Part shown: positions 44,788 through 52,657 of the stretch, piece after piece
How the letters are laid out: each line of letters begins with the position of its first letter
Position numbering within the stretch: the first letter of the stretch is position 1
Assembly (NCBI GenBank): GCA_013426185.1
Contig: CP058602.1
Location: 628,549 to 692,548, forward strand
From: Candidatus Woesebacteria bacterium
GTDB taxonomy: Bacteria; Patescibacteriota; Microgenomatia; UBA8517
DNA length: 64,000 bases
Reading direction: 5' to 3'
Notes under the pieces: model-generated
The model's database searches: none
Told to the model about the DNA's origin: nothing
The model's input: only the letters and a program-made list of their open reading frames with translations
Program-made: the position numbers and the translations under genes

Positions 44788-44971
44788 TGGAAGGCGACCT
44801 TTTCGGATTGAAAAACTGCCAAAGAACCTGAAAAAATATCGGCTCGAACTTTATTTTGGCCAAAAGCGGGCTTTTTCTCATCTTTGCCTTGTAAAAATTT
44901 ACTTGCTTTTATTATATTTGTTAGTATAATAATGAAAGAAGAAAATATCAACAATTTTATGATATCAAAAT

Positions 44972-45184
44972 ATGGAAAATAATCAAGGCAATAAATTAGG
45001 AAAGAAAATCAAAAAGTTAAGAACTGATCTTGGTTTGTCTCAAGACGAGCTCGCCCGAAAAGCCGATATACCTTATACCACTTTAACCAAGATTGAAACA
45101 GGGGTTATTAAAAAGCCTTCTGTGTATGTGGTGGCGAAGATTGCAAAGGCGTTGAATACAAAATTGGATGATTTAATAAATTAA
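44972..45184 (+). CDS. XRE-family HTH transcriptional regulator (candidate R-M controller C-protein)
   Basis: HTH KKLRTDLGLSQDELARKADIPYTTLTKIETG. 70 aa. Immediately upstream of the endonuclease and methyltransferase genes. Confidence 0.65.
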   Translation: MENNQGNKLGKKIKKLRTDLGLSQDELARKADIPYTTLTKIETGVIKKPSVYVVAKIAKALNTKLDDLIN

Positions 45185-45196
45185 GGATAAAAAACT

Positions 45197-45979
45197 ATGA
45201 ACTATTGGCTAAAATTAAGTATTGAATACGCTAACCAAAGAAGTTATTTGGATGATTTATTTCAAGTATATCCAACTATACCCGAGGGTATCAGAGATAT
45301 AGATGAAAATATTTGGGAAGAAGTAGAACAAGCTTTTAAAAACAAAGACAATACTGGACTGTTAAAGAGCCTTCTTAAGTTCGACCTTTTCCCAATAAAA
45401 GATTCTTATGTAGCTTATCTAAAGAGGGATCCGTCTGCAATCGAAAGAAACCCAGCCACAGTAAACCGACTTTGCGGAAGACTTTATGAAATGGGTCTCG
45501 ACAATATTTTTAAGCGTTGTTCAGAACCTAAAGAAACGAACAGACAAATAGGCCCTTTATTTAGGCGATGGCTTAACAAAAAATCTTTAGGTATTCAACC
45601 CGTTAAATTAGAAGAATTTTTAAAAACAAAAGAAAATGCCATATTAGATGGAAGTGATGCGGAGATAAAAAGTTTTGCTCAAGAGCATTTAAATTACAAC
45701 AGAAACAAAGGGCTAGATTTTATTGCTAGATTTAATGGTAAATACATTATTGGTGAAGCCAAATTTTTAACAGATTTTGGTGGTCATCAAAATGCTCAAT
45801 TCAATGATGCAATAGAAACACTGAAGTTGAAAGGTGTCAAGGCTATTACTATAGCCATATTAGATGGAGTTTTATATATCAAGGGGAATAATAAAATGTA
45901 TCGTGAAATAACGACAACTTTCAAAGACTACAATATCATGAGCAGTTTGGTTTTAAGAGATTTTTTATACCAAGTTTAA
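45197..45979 (+). CDS. Putative type II restriction endonuclease (PD-(D/E)xK-like)
   Basis: LDFIARFNGKYIIGEAKF gives a D…ExK arrangement. Position between the C-protein and the methyltransferase. Confidence 0.4.
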   Translation: MNYWLKLSIEYANQRSYLDDLFQVYPTIPEGIRDIDENIWEEVEQAFKNKDNTGLLKSLLKFDLFPIKDSYVAYLKRDPSAIERNPATVNRLCGRLYEMGLDNIFKRCSEPKETNRQIGPLFRRWLNKKSLGIQPVKLEEFLKTKENAILDGSDAEIKSFAQEHLNYNRNKGLDFIARFNGKYIIGEAKFLTDFGGHQNAQFNDAIETLKLKGVKAITIAILDGVLYIKGNNKMYREITTTFKDYNIMSSLVLRDFLYQV

Positions 45980-46065
45980 TTTATTTAGGACTATGATACT
46001 GACTTATAAAAATAAAAAAAAAAGAAATAGATATAATTAATCACACCAAGAAAGCCAAACTTGTT

Positions 46066-47121
46066 TATGTTTCTGAACAAAAGGGATTCAGAAACAAGCT
46101 AATTCAGGGTAATAATCTTGAAGTATTAAAAACTCTTTTAGAAGATTACAACTTTAAAGGGAAAATAGATCTTGTTTACATAGATCCTCCATTTGCTACA
46201 AACGGAGATTTTAAGATAAGTGATGATAGAGCTAATACCGTGAGTAAAAGCTCCTCTGATGAGGTCGCATATAGCGATACCCTAACTGGTAGCGATTATC
46301 TGGAATTTTTAAGAGAGCGTTTGATCCTATTGAGAGAATTGATGTCTGAAAAAGCGTCTATATATCTTCATATTGATTATAAGATTGGGCACTATGTGAA
46401 GGTTATAATGGACGAAGTTTTTGGGGTTGAAAATTTCCGTAATGATATAACACGTATCAAATGTAATCCTAAAAATTTTCAAAGAAAGGCTTATGGCAAT
46501 ATAAAGGATTTAATACTTTTTTATTCTAAAACAAAAAACCCAACTTGGAATGATCCGAGAGTTCCTTTTACTGAAGAAGACATCCGAAGATTGTTTACAA
46601 AAGTTGATAAAGATGGAAGAAGATATACAACTGTACCATTACATGCTCCAGGTGAAACATTAAACGGTAAAACTGGACAAGAGTGGAGAGGAATAAGACC
46701 TCCAAAGGGAAGACATTGGAGGAGCGACCCCGAAGTTTTAGATGAGCTAGATAAGAAAGGTTTAATAGAATGGTCAGAGAGTGGAGTACCGAGAAAGAAG
46801 ATTTATGCTGATGAACAAAAGGGTAAAAAAATGCAGGATATTTGGGAATTTAAGGACCCTCAATATCCTTTGTATCCTACGGAAAAAAACTTAGATTTAT
46901 TAAAGACTATTATAAAGGCTTCTTCAAATGAAGGCGATCTTGTACTTGATTGTTTTTGTGGATCTGGAACAACATTAGTTGCCGCACAAGAATTAAATAG
47001 AAATTGGATTGGTATTGACCAATCAGAGCATGCAATAAAAGTAACAAAAAAAAGACTATCTAAAATACCAAGAGATTTATTCTCTGGTGATGTAGAATAT
47101 GAATTTTTAATTCAAAAATAG
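46066..47121 (+). CDS. DNA methyltransferase (N6-adenine/N4-cytosine, beta-class)
   Basis: Motif IV DPPF (IDLVYIDPPFATNGDF) precedes motif I FxGxG (VLDCFCGSGTTLVAA). Start moved upstream to the ATG at 46066 from the track's GTG at 46240. Confidence 0.8.
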   Translation, partial: YVSEQKGFRNKLIQGNNLEVLKTLLEDYNFKGKIDLVYIDPPFATNGDFKISDDRANTVSKSSSDEVAYSDTLTGSDYLEFLRERLILLRELMSEKASIYLHIDYKIGHYVKVIMDEVFGVENFRNDITRIKCNPKNFQRKAYGNIKDLILFYSKTKNPTWNDPRVPFTEEDIRRLFTKVDKDGRRYTTVPLHAPGETLNGKTGQEWRGIRPPKGRHWRSDPEVLDELDKKGLIEWSESGVPRKKIYADEQKGKKMQDIWEFKDPQYPLYPTEKNLDLLKTIIKASSNEGDLVLDCFCGSGTTLVAAQELNRNWIGIDQSEHAIKVTKKRLSKIPRDLFSGDVEYEFLIQK

Positions 47122-47125
47122 CCAG

Positions 47126-48877
47126 ATGAGAATTACAGAATTAACAATAAAAAATTACCGGAGTTTTGACCCAGCAGGACAGACAATAAAATTCCCCTCG
47201 GTTCATTGTGCTTTAGTTGGAAAAAATAATGCAGGTAAGAGCAATATCTTTAGTGCATTAAACCTAGTTTTAGGAGCTAAAAATCCTGCTTACATAAAAT
47301 TTGAGGAAGATGACTACTTCGATATAAATTTACCAATCGAAATAAAAGTTGTTATTTCTGACATAACAGAGGATGATAAAAATATTTTGTTTACACTTCC
47401 TAATTTAACAAGGCAACAAAAAGGTGCTTTAAATTCAAAAATATCCAATGGCGAAGCAGATATAACTTTTTTGTTGCGAAAAAACTATGAATATATTCCA
47501 CTAGATGAAGACGAAGAACAAGCAGGTGAATCTCAAGATACTTTTGAAATAAAACTTTGGGGATTCAATGTTTATAGAAAAAAAGAAGATATTCGAAAAT
47601 TTTTAATACGCACGTTGTTAGTTCCAGCTGTAAGAGATTACAAAAATGAACTTTCTGCCTCTAAATGGACCCAATACGGGCAATTAATGAAAAGTGTTTT
47701 AGAAGACTCCCCTAAATATGCAGAGATAAAATCTGATCTTCAAAATTTAAATGAGAAAATTCAAGAAATATTTAAGAGCGAGAAAGAGAAACTTTTAAAA
47801 AGCGCGCGTATTGTTTCTTATGTTGATGATATTTCCTTTCAGTTAACAAAGGAAAACCATCCTTCAGAATTATTAAGAAATCTTGAGATTTTTATTAAAG
47901 AAGGTGGTAAATTATTTAATATCGATTATGTTGGTACAGGCACTCAAAGTGCTATTATTATTGGTATCCTTGAACTAGCATTAAAAAATAAATCGACAAA
48001 AAATAGGGTATTTTGCATTGAAGAACCAGAAGCCTTCATCCACCCTCATGGAATTAGGTATTTAGGAAGTCTTATTAAGAATATTTCTAGTGAGCAGAAT
48101 ACACAAGTTATTATTTCAACTCACTCTCTATCACTTACTGCTAATTTCGAACCAAAGGAGATAATTAAGGTTGATAAGGAAAACGGAAAAACTGTAATTA
48201 GACAAGATCCCTCTTTTGATGTTGTTCCTTTTAGACGATTTATTCATCAGGATAATGCAGAATTGTTCTTTAGCGATAGAGTAATTTTGGTAGAAGGACC
48301 AACAGAAAAGCATCTTTTCGATAATTTAGACAAAATCACAAAACAAAATCCCGCAAATCCAGATAGTGAGGATTGTAATTTTGACAGGATAAATATCGGT
48401 ATAATTAGGATGGATTCTGTTGATAGTATTGTAAATTACATAAAGATACTTTCTGCTTTTGGTATTGAATATTGCGCAATTGTTGATAAAGATTTTGTTT
48501 TAGATCCATCAAAACAGAATAAACTTAAGGAGTTATGTAGAGAGATCGGAGTTAATTATCAAAACAATGACATACCCCAACTGATAAATAATTTAAAATC
48601 AAAAAATATTCTAGTTAATACAAAAGGAGAAATCGAAGATTTATTTCCTGACCAAGATATTGCAAATATTACTGGAAGAAATATATCAGATATACAGGGA
48701 ATAAAGAGTAAATATCCAAATAAGACAAGCAAAGCATTTAAAGAATTGTTTGGTACTGGTAAAGCAGAATACGCAATCCAGATTGCAGGCTATTATGTAC
48801 AAAATAATACCTCTCATCCTTTAGAGGATATTATTAGAAAACTTTACAAAAAGGATATTTCTAATATAAATTTATAA
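47126..48877 (+). CDS. OLD-family ATP-dependent endonuclease (N-terminal ABC-type ATPase plus C-terminal Toprim; GajA-like)
   Basis: Walker A ALVGKNNAGKSNIF. Walker B / H-loop VFCIEEPEAFIHPHG. Toprim-like ILVEGPTEKHLFDNL … AIVDKDF. Confidence 0.7.
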   Translation: MRITELTIKNYRSFDPAGQTIKFPSVHCALVGKNNAGKSNIFSALNLVLGAKNPAYIKFEEDDYFDINLPIEIKVVISDITEDDKNILFTLPNLTRQQKGALNSKISNGEADITFLLRKNYEYIPLDEDEEQAGESQDTFEIKLWGFNVYRKKEDIRKFLIRTLLVPAVRDYKNELSASKWTQYGQLMKSVLEDSPKYAEIKSDLQNLNEKIQEIFKSEKEKLLKSARIVSYVDDISFQLTKENHPSELLRNLEIFIKEGGKLFNIDYVGTGTQSAIIIGILELALKNKSTKNRVFCIEEPEAFIHPHGIRYLGSLIKNISSEQNTQVIISTHSLSLTANFEPKEIIKVDKENGKTVIRQDPSFDVVPFRRFIHQDNAELFFSDRVILVEGPTEKHLFDNLDKITKQNPANPDSEDCNFDRINIGIIRMDSVDSIVNYIKILSAFGIEYCAIVDKDFVLDPSKQNKLKELCREIGVNYQNNDIPQLINNLKSKNILVNTKGEIEDLFPDQDIANITGRNISDIQGIKSKYPNKTSKAFKELFGTGKAEYAIQIAGYYVQNNTSHPLEDIIRKLYKKDISNINL

Positions 48878-50334
48878 AAGAATTTGCCGCCAAAGAAAAA
48901 CTTGAAATCGTCGCCTCGCTTTGCGAGGCAAAAACTGCCAAAGAACCTGGCCGAACTGTGTTCGGCGAAATGTTAGATAGAATTGAAAAGGGCGCAGCCC
49001 AAGGAATTTTGGCTTGGCATCCTGATAGACTGGCAAGAAATTCCATTGATGGCGGAAGGATTATCTATCTGCTGGACACAGGAAAACTTAAGGATTTAAA
49101 ATTTCCTACTTTTTGGTTTGATAATACACCACAAGGCAAGTTTATGTTGAATATTGCCTTTGGGCAAAGCAAATATTACATAGATAATCTTTCAGAAAAC
49201 ATTAAACGAGGACACAGGGCAAAACTACGAAAAGGTATTTGGCCAAGCTTTGCCCCTCTTGGATATCTCAACAACCATAAGACAAAAGGGATAGATATTG
49301 ATCAAGAGAAAGCACCGCTTATCAGAAAAGCGTTTGAATTATACGCCACTGGAGAATATACGCTAAAAGCAATTGCAAAAATTTTAAAAGACGCAGGACT
49401 TAGAAGCTACAAGGGCAAGGTGCTTTCTGTTTCCTGTGTCCAGCGAATGCTTAAAAATACGTTTTACTATGGTGTTTTTAGGTTCAATGGCGAAATGTAT
49501 GATGGAAGCCACGAGCCAATTATTTCCAAGAAACTTTTTGATACTATTCAACAGGTAATGAATAACAGAGGCAAGAAAAAGCGAAAAAGAAAACATAACT
49601 TTGCTTTTTCTGGGCTTATGCGTTGCGGAAATTGCGGTTGCATGATTACTGCTGAAATTCAAAAGGGATATATTTATTATCGTTGCACCAAGAAAAAGCA
49701 AAGATGCAATGAAAAGTATTTGCGCGAAGAAAAACTTGTTGAACAGCTAAAAGCAATAATTCAAAAAGTTTCCTTGCCAGATGAATGGGCAGAGAAAATG
49801 TTGGAAGAAATTGAGAAAGAGAAGGAACAGGCCAAACAAGAAACAAAATCACTTGTTCAAAATCTATTAAAACAAAAAGTGGCAATTGAAAGGAAGATGG
49901 ACAGACTGCTTGATCTTTATATTGAAGGCAAGGGTATTGAACCGGAAGAATATCAAGCTAAAAAACAGAAACTTCTTAATGAAAAACTGAAAATTCAACA
50001 GAAGATTAAAGATTTTGAACAAACAGGAAATAATTGGCTCGAACCAATGAAAGAAATGATTTTAGCCAGTAGCCAAGCCAAAATTCTATCGTCGCAGAGC
50101 GACAATTCTCAAATTCGAGCATTTCTAAAAAATATCGGCTCGAACTTTATTTTAAAAGGTAAAAAATTCCAATTTGAAGGGAAAATCGGCTGGCGTGCCC
50201 TTTTAAATTCCCCCCAGAATACCAATTGGCGGAGGGTACAGGATTCGAACCTGTGCCCGCCTGTAAGGCGGAGCGGTTTTCGAGACCGCCGCTTTAGTCC
50301 ACTCAGCCAACCCTCCACTCTTGGCTCCTTTTAA
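48865..50334 (+). pseudogene. Large serine recombinase lacking the N-terminal catalytic-serine segment (likely inactivated integrase of the island); 3' end runs into tRNA-Ser
   Basis: Resolvase-domain remainder …GILAWHPDRLARN…, recombinase domain, Zn ribbon CGNCGCMITAEIQKGYIYYRC, and coiled coil. The reading frame opens only at 48865, so roughly 40 aa including the catalytic serine region are missing. The ORF reads through the tRNA gene. Confidence 0.5.
50227..50316 (-). tRNA. tRNA-Ser (anticodon CGA), with CCA encoded
   Basis: Manual fold: acceptor GGAGGGT/ACCCTCC, anticodon stem GCGGT/ACCGC, loop CUCGAAA, long variable arm CCGCC…GGCGG, T-arm ACAGG-TTCGAAT-CCTGT. Confidence 0.8.
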
Positions 50335-50338
50335 TTAG

Positions 50339-50411
50339 TGCACCTGGGAGGAATTGAACCTCCAACCTTTTGGTCCGCAACCAAACGTTCTATCCGTTGA
50401 ACTACAGGTGC
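50339..50411 (-). tRNA. tRNA, anticodon read as GCG (Arg) by manual folding
   Basis: Acceptor GCACCTG/CAGGTGC, D-arm GTTCAACGGATAGAAC, anticodon stem TTTGG/CCAAA, loop UUGCGGA, T-arm GGAGG-TTCAATT-CCTCC. Confidence 0.65.
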
Positions 50412-50466
50412 GAATGAAACAAGAACTACAAACTAGTTTTCCCGCCAGTTTACAATAATTCTTTTT

Positions 50467-50982
50467 TTATCTATTTTGCATTTTGGTCGAGAACCAGCCA
50501 GCCAGTTTTTCAAGTGAGGAAGGAGGAATAGGTTGTTTAACAACATAATTTTTCAAAACAGATTCTATTTTCTCTTTGTCTTTTTTCTCTGTCACAAGCT
50601 CCATTTTCCCCGGTATAAAGTTAGTTCCCAAAATAAGCTTGTTGTAATCTTTTTCTTCTTCTATCCAAAAACTAATAATATTTTCCCAGGGAATGATGTT
50701 GTCTTTTATTCTCACTCCAAAGTTGGTTATTTTGTACTCAACTTTCTCAGGTTCTACATTGTGCAAGATAAAATAAAGGAAAGACAAAGCTATTAAAAGT
50801 ACAACAGGCACCCACCCTTCCGCTATAAAAATAATAAGGCTGATAACTGCCAAAACCGCGCCTGAATTAAGATAAAATTCTTTGCTTTTCTTTTCAAAGG
50901 GCCTAAGGTAAGCTTGCCAAGAGAAAAACACTTGTTCTTGAACAAGCTTTGGTTCTTTTTTTTCTGGGACAGGCATTTTCAT
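50467..50982 (-). CDS. Hypothetical membrane protein (two TM plus C-terminal soluble domain)
   Basis: 171-aa ORF. Hydrophobic helices AVLAVISLIIFIAEGWVPVVLLIALSFLYFIL. Confidence 0.45.
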   Translation of the reverse strand: MKMPVPEKKEPKLVQEQVFFSWQAYLRPFEKKSKEFYLNSGAVLAVISLIIFIAEGWVPVVLLIALSFLYFILHNVEPEKVEYKITNFGVRIKDNIIPWENIISFWIEEEKDYNKLILGTNFIPGKMELVTEKKDKEKIESVLKNYVVKQPIPPSSLEKLAGWFSTKMQNR

Positions 50983-51011
50983 CTAACAAAATTATATCAG
51001 ATTTATCCAAA

Positions 51012-51040
51012 TTTACCTAAGGAGACTCTTCTGCTATAAT
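51012..51040 (+). promoter_or_regulatory. Candidate sigma70 promoter for tRNA-Ser(GCT)
   Basis: TATAAT at 51035..51040, 10 nt upstream of the tRNA 5' end. Weak -35-like tttacc 17 bp upstream. Confidence 0.3.
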
Positions 51041-51049
51041 TGCTTTATT

Positions 51050-51135
51050 GGAGGTGTCGCCTAGTGGTCGATGGCAGAGGTTTGCTAAACCTCGACCCCA
51101 AAAGGGTCACGTGGGTTCGAATCCCACCACCTCCG
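51050..51135 (+). tRNA. tRNA-Ser (anticodon GCT)
   Basis: Acceptor GGAGGTG/CACCTCC, anticodon stem GAGGT/ACCTC, loop UUGCUAA, long variable arm, T-arm GTGGG-TTCGAAT-CCCAC. Confidence 0.8.
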
Positions 51136-51139
51136 CTTT

Positions 51140-51571
51140 ATGAATAACAATCTGATGCTTGTTGGGGGAGCTGTTGTCTTTAAAAGGGCAAATAATGGCC
51201 GTGTGGATTGGTTCTTGGTTGAGGAAAATAGCAAGGGTTGGGAAATTCCCAAAGCTGTTGTGAGAAAAGGTGAATCGTCTGTCAGGGCGGTTTTGCGGAC
51301 AATGGGGGAGCAAGCTGGTATGAGTTGCCGAGTTTTAGAAGAGGTGGGTAGGATTGAGGATAATCTTGAGGTTAATGGTAAAAAGACTTCCCGAAGGATT
51401 ATTTATTATTTGGTCTTGGGTAGAACTGGTGGTGAGGCTTTGGGTTTTGACAGCTCTGCTTGGCTTAATCTTAATTCGGCTTTAAAAAGAGTGTCTTGGG
51501 AGAAAGAGAAAATGATTTTAAAAAAGGCTAAGCTTGAGTTTGAAAAGTGGCTTTCAAGACAAAAGAAATAG
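51140..51571 (+). CDS. NUDIX-like hydrolase (degenerate Nudix box)
   Basis: 143-aa ORF. Segment KGESSVRAVLRTMGEQAG partially fits the GX5EX7REUXEEXGU Nudix signature. Confidence 0.4.
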   Translation: MNNNLMLVGGAVVFKRANNGRVDWFLVEENSKGWEIPKAVVRKGESSVRAVLRTMGEQAGMSCRVLEEVGRIEDNLEVNGKKTSRRIIYYLVLGRTGGEALGFDSSAWLNLNSALKRVSWEKEKMILKKAKLEFEKWLSRQKK

Positions 51572-51580
51572 CTTTTAGTG

Positions 51581-51668
51581 GGGTGGGATCGCATAGTGGA
51601 CTAGTGCGCACGCTTGGAGAGCGTGTGTCGCCGCAAGGTGACCGAGGGTTCGAATCCCTCTCCCACCG
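51581..51668 (+). tRNA. tRNA-Ser (anticodon GGA)
   Basis: Acceptor GGTGGGA/TCCCACC, anticodon stem CACGC/GCGTG, loop UUGGAGA, long variable arm, T-arm GAGGG-TTCGAAT-CCCTC. Confidence 0.8.
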
Positions 51669-51686
51669 CTTAATTTCCCTTACCTT

Positions 51687-51806
51687 GGTGGGTTGGCCGA
51701 GTGGTTTATTTCGAACGAAGTGAGAAACAAGCTTTGTTTTTTAAGCGGAGCGAGAAAAACAAAGCTTATGGCGCAGGTCTTGTCCGCCATTGGCGGATCA
51801 AGTTTT
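51687..51806 (+). pseudogene. Partial/disrupted copy of tRNA-Ser(TGA): 5' part, then a 60-nt insert containing a 12-bp hairpin, then D/anticodon-stem remnant
   Basis: ggtgggttggccgagtggttta and …atggcgcaggtcttg… are identical to the intact gene at 51912. The insert carries aagctttgtttt / aaaacaaagctt inverted repeats. No T-arm follows. Confidence 0.5.
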
Positions 51807-51843
51807 AGGAGGGATTGATATCTGTTGTTTTGGCTTTTACATT

Positions 51844-51868
51844 GGTGGGTTGGCCGAGTGGTTTACTG
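51844..51868 (+). pseudogene. Second partial copy of the tRNA-Ser(TGA) 5' end (acceptor plus D-arm only)
   Basis: ggtgggttggccgagtggtttac matches the first 22 nt of the intact tRNA, followed by unrelated sequence. Confidence 0.5.
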
Positions 51869-51911
51869 CGAAGCAGCAAAACACGAGGCTAATCTGAATA
51901 GCTTTTTCTTT

Positions 51912-51995
51912 GGTGGGTTGGCCGAGTGGTTTATGGCGCAGGTCTTGAAAACCTGTGGGAGCAATCCCTCAGAGGTTCGAATCCTCTACCCACCG
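51912..51995 (+). tRNA. tRNA-Ser (anticodon TGA)
   Basis: Acceptor GGTGGGT/ACCCACC, anticodon stem CAGGT/ACCTG, loop CUUGAAA, long variable arm, T-arm AGAGG-TTCGAAT-CCTCT. Confidence 0.8.
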
Positions 51996-52005
51996 CCTCT
52001 CTCTT

Positions 52006-52077
52006 GCCCCCGTAGTTTAATGGATAAAACGAGGGCTTCCGGAGCCTTCGATGGAAGTTCAATTCTTCCCGGGGGCA
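52006..52077 (+). tRNA. tRNA-Arg (anticodon CCG)
   Basis: Acceptor GCCCCCG/CGGGGGC with discriminator A, anticodon stem AGGGC/GCCTT (one G-U pair), loop UUCCGGA, T-arm GGAAG-TTCAATT-CTTCC. Confidence 0.7.
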
Positions 52078-52094
52078 CAGTGAAGCTGGGAGGC

Positions 52095-52657
52095 TAGTCT
52101 TCGCCTATGGCAGAGTTGGTCAAAGCTAGTCGAAGCTAGTATTTTGTATTATGTATTATGCAGGGAATAAAGGTAGGAAGTAGAAAGTAGTAAGTAGAAA
52201 GCAACGGATTTCAGATATCGGCTATCGGACGTCGGCTATCGGATGTCGGACATCGGAGCCAGTCAAAAGCTAGTTAAAGTTGGTATCAAGCATCACGAAG
52301 CAGGTGTCGAGTATGGTAATAGGTAAAAGGCAAGGGGTAAAAGTTAAAAGAATTCGGATTTCAGCTATCAGCCGTCAGCTGCCGGAGTTGATTGCTATCT
52401 TAATTCCTTAAATCATAAATCAAAATTCTATAATCAAGGTTTTGAATTTTGACTTTTAAGTTTTGAGTTATATTTTTTGACTTTTAAGTTTTAAGTTTTA
52501 ATTTAATTTGTGATTTGAGAAATTGGATAATTGTAGAATTGTTTAGAATTTAGGATTTAGAAATTAGAATTTAATTTTTGTGATTTGTGATTTGTAATTT
52601 GTTTGTAGTTTGGAATTTGTGATTTGTATATTGTAATTTGTAATTTGTCTTACATCT
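52095..52657. repeat. Dispersed AT-rich repeat family, copy R3 (same orientation as R2), ending at the dnaG start codon
   Basis: Shares agtattttgtattatgtattatg…gtagaaagtagtaagtagaaagc and the …tagaatttaggatttagaaattagaattt…tttgtaatttg… tail with R1 (reverse complement) and R2. Contains the reverse complement of the tccgatg heptad tract. Confidence 0.65.

Larger units (their letters stand above)
44690..50226 (+). mobile_element. Putative integrated genomic island at tRNA-Ser(CGA): att-like repeats, C-R-M module, OLD-family nuclease, 5'-truncated large serine recombinase
   Basis: An intact tRNA-Ser abuts the recombinase end. A degenerate copy of the tRNA 3' part (…attcgaacc…) lies at 44703..44713. 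A 27-bp perfect repeat is found at 44831..44857 and 50127..50153, and a 20-bp repeat at 44811..44830 and 48931..48950. The gene content is defence and mobility genes, all on the plus strand. Confidence 0.45.

Noticed and set aside
44651-44954. Three overlapping small ORFs (76, 92 and 79 aa) across the GC-rich hairpin and att-like repeats
   Set aside because: They overlap each other on both strands in a repeat/hairpin region and are better explained as non-coding junction sequence.
50109-50318. 69-aa minus-strand ORF
   Set aside because: Antisense to the recombinase 3' end and covers tRNA-Ser(CGA).
51687-51806. Intron-containing functional tRNA-Ser
   Set aside because: The sequence after the 60-nt insert matches the tRNA only to the anticodon stem, and no T-arm (GGTTCGAAT…) follows, so I call it a remnant rather than a split or intron-bearing gene.
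51825-52097. 90-aa plus-strand ORF
   Set aside because: Composed entirely of partial and intact tRNA-Ser/tRNA-Arg sequence.
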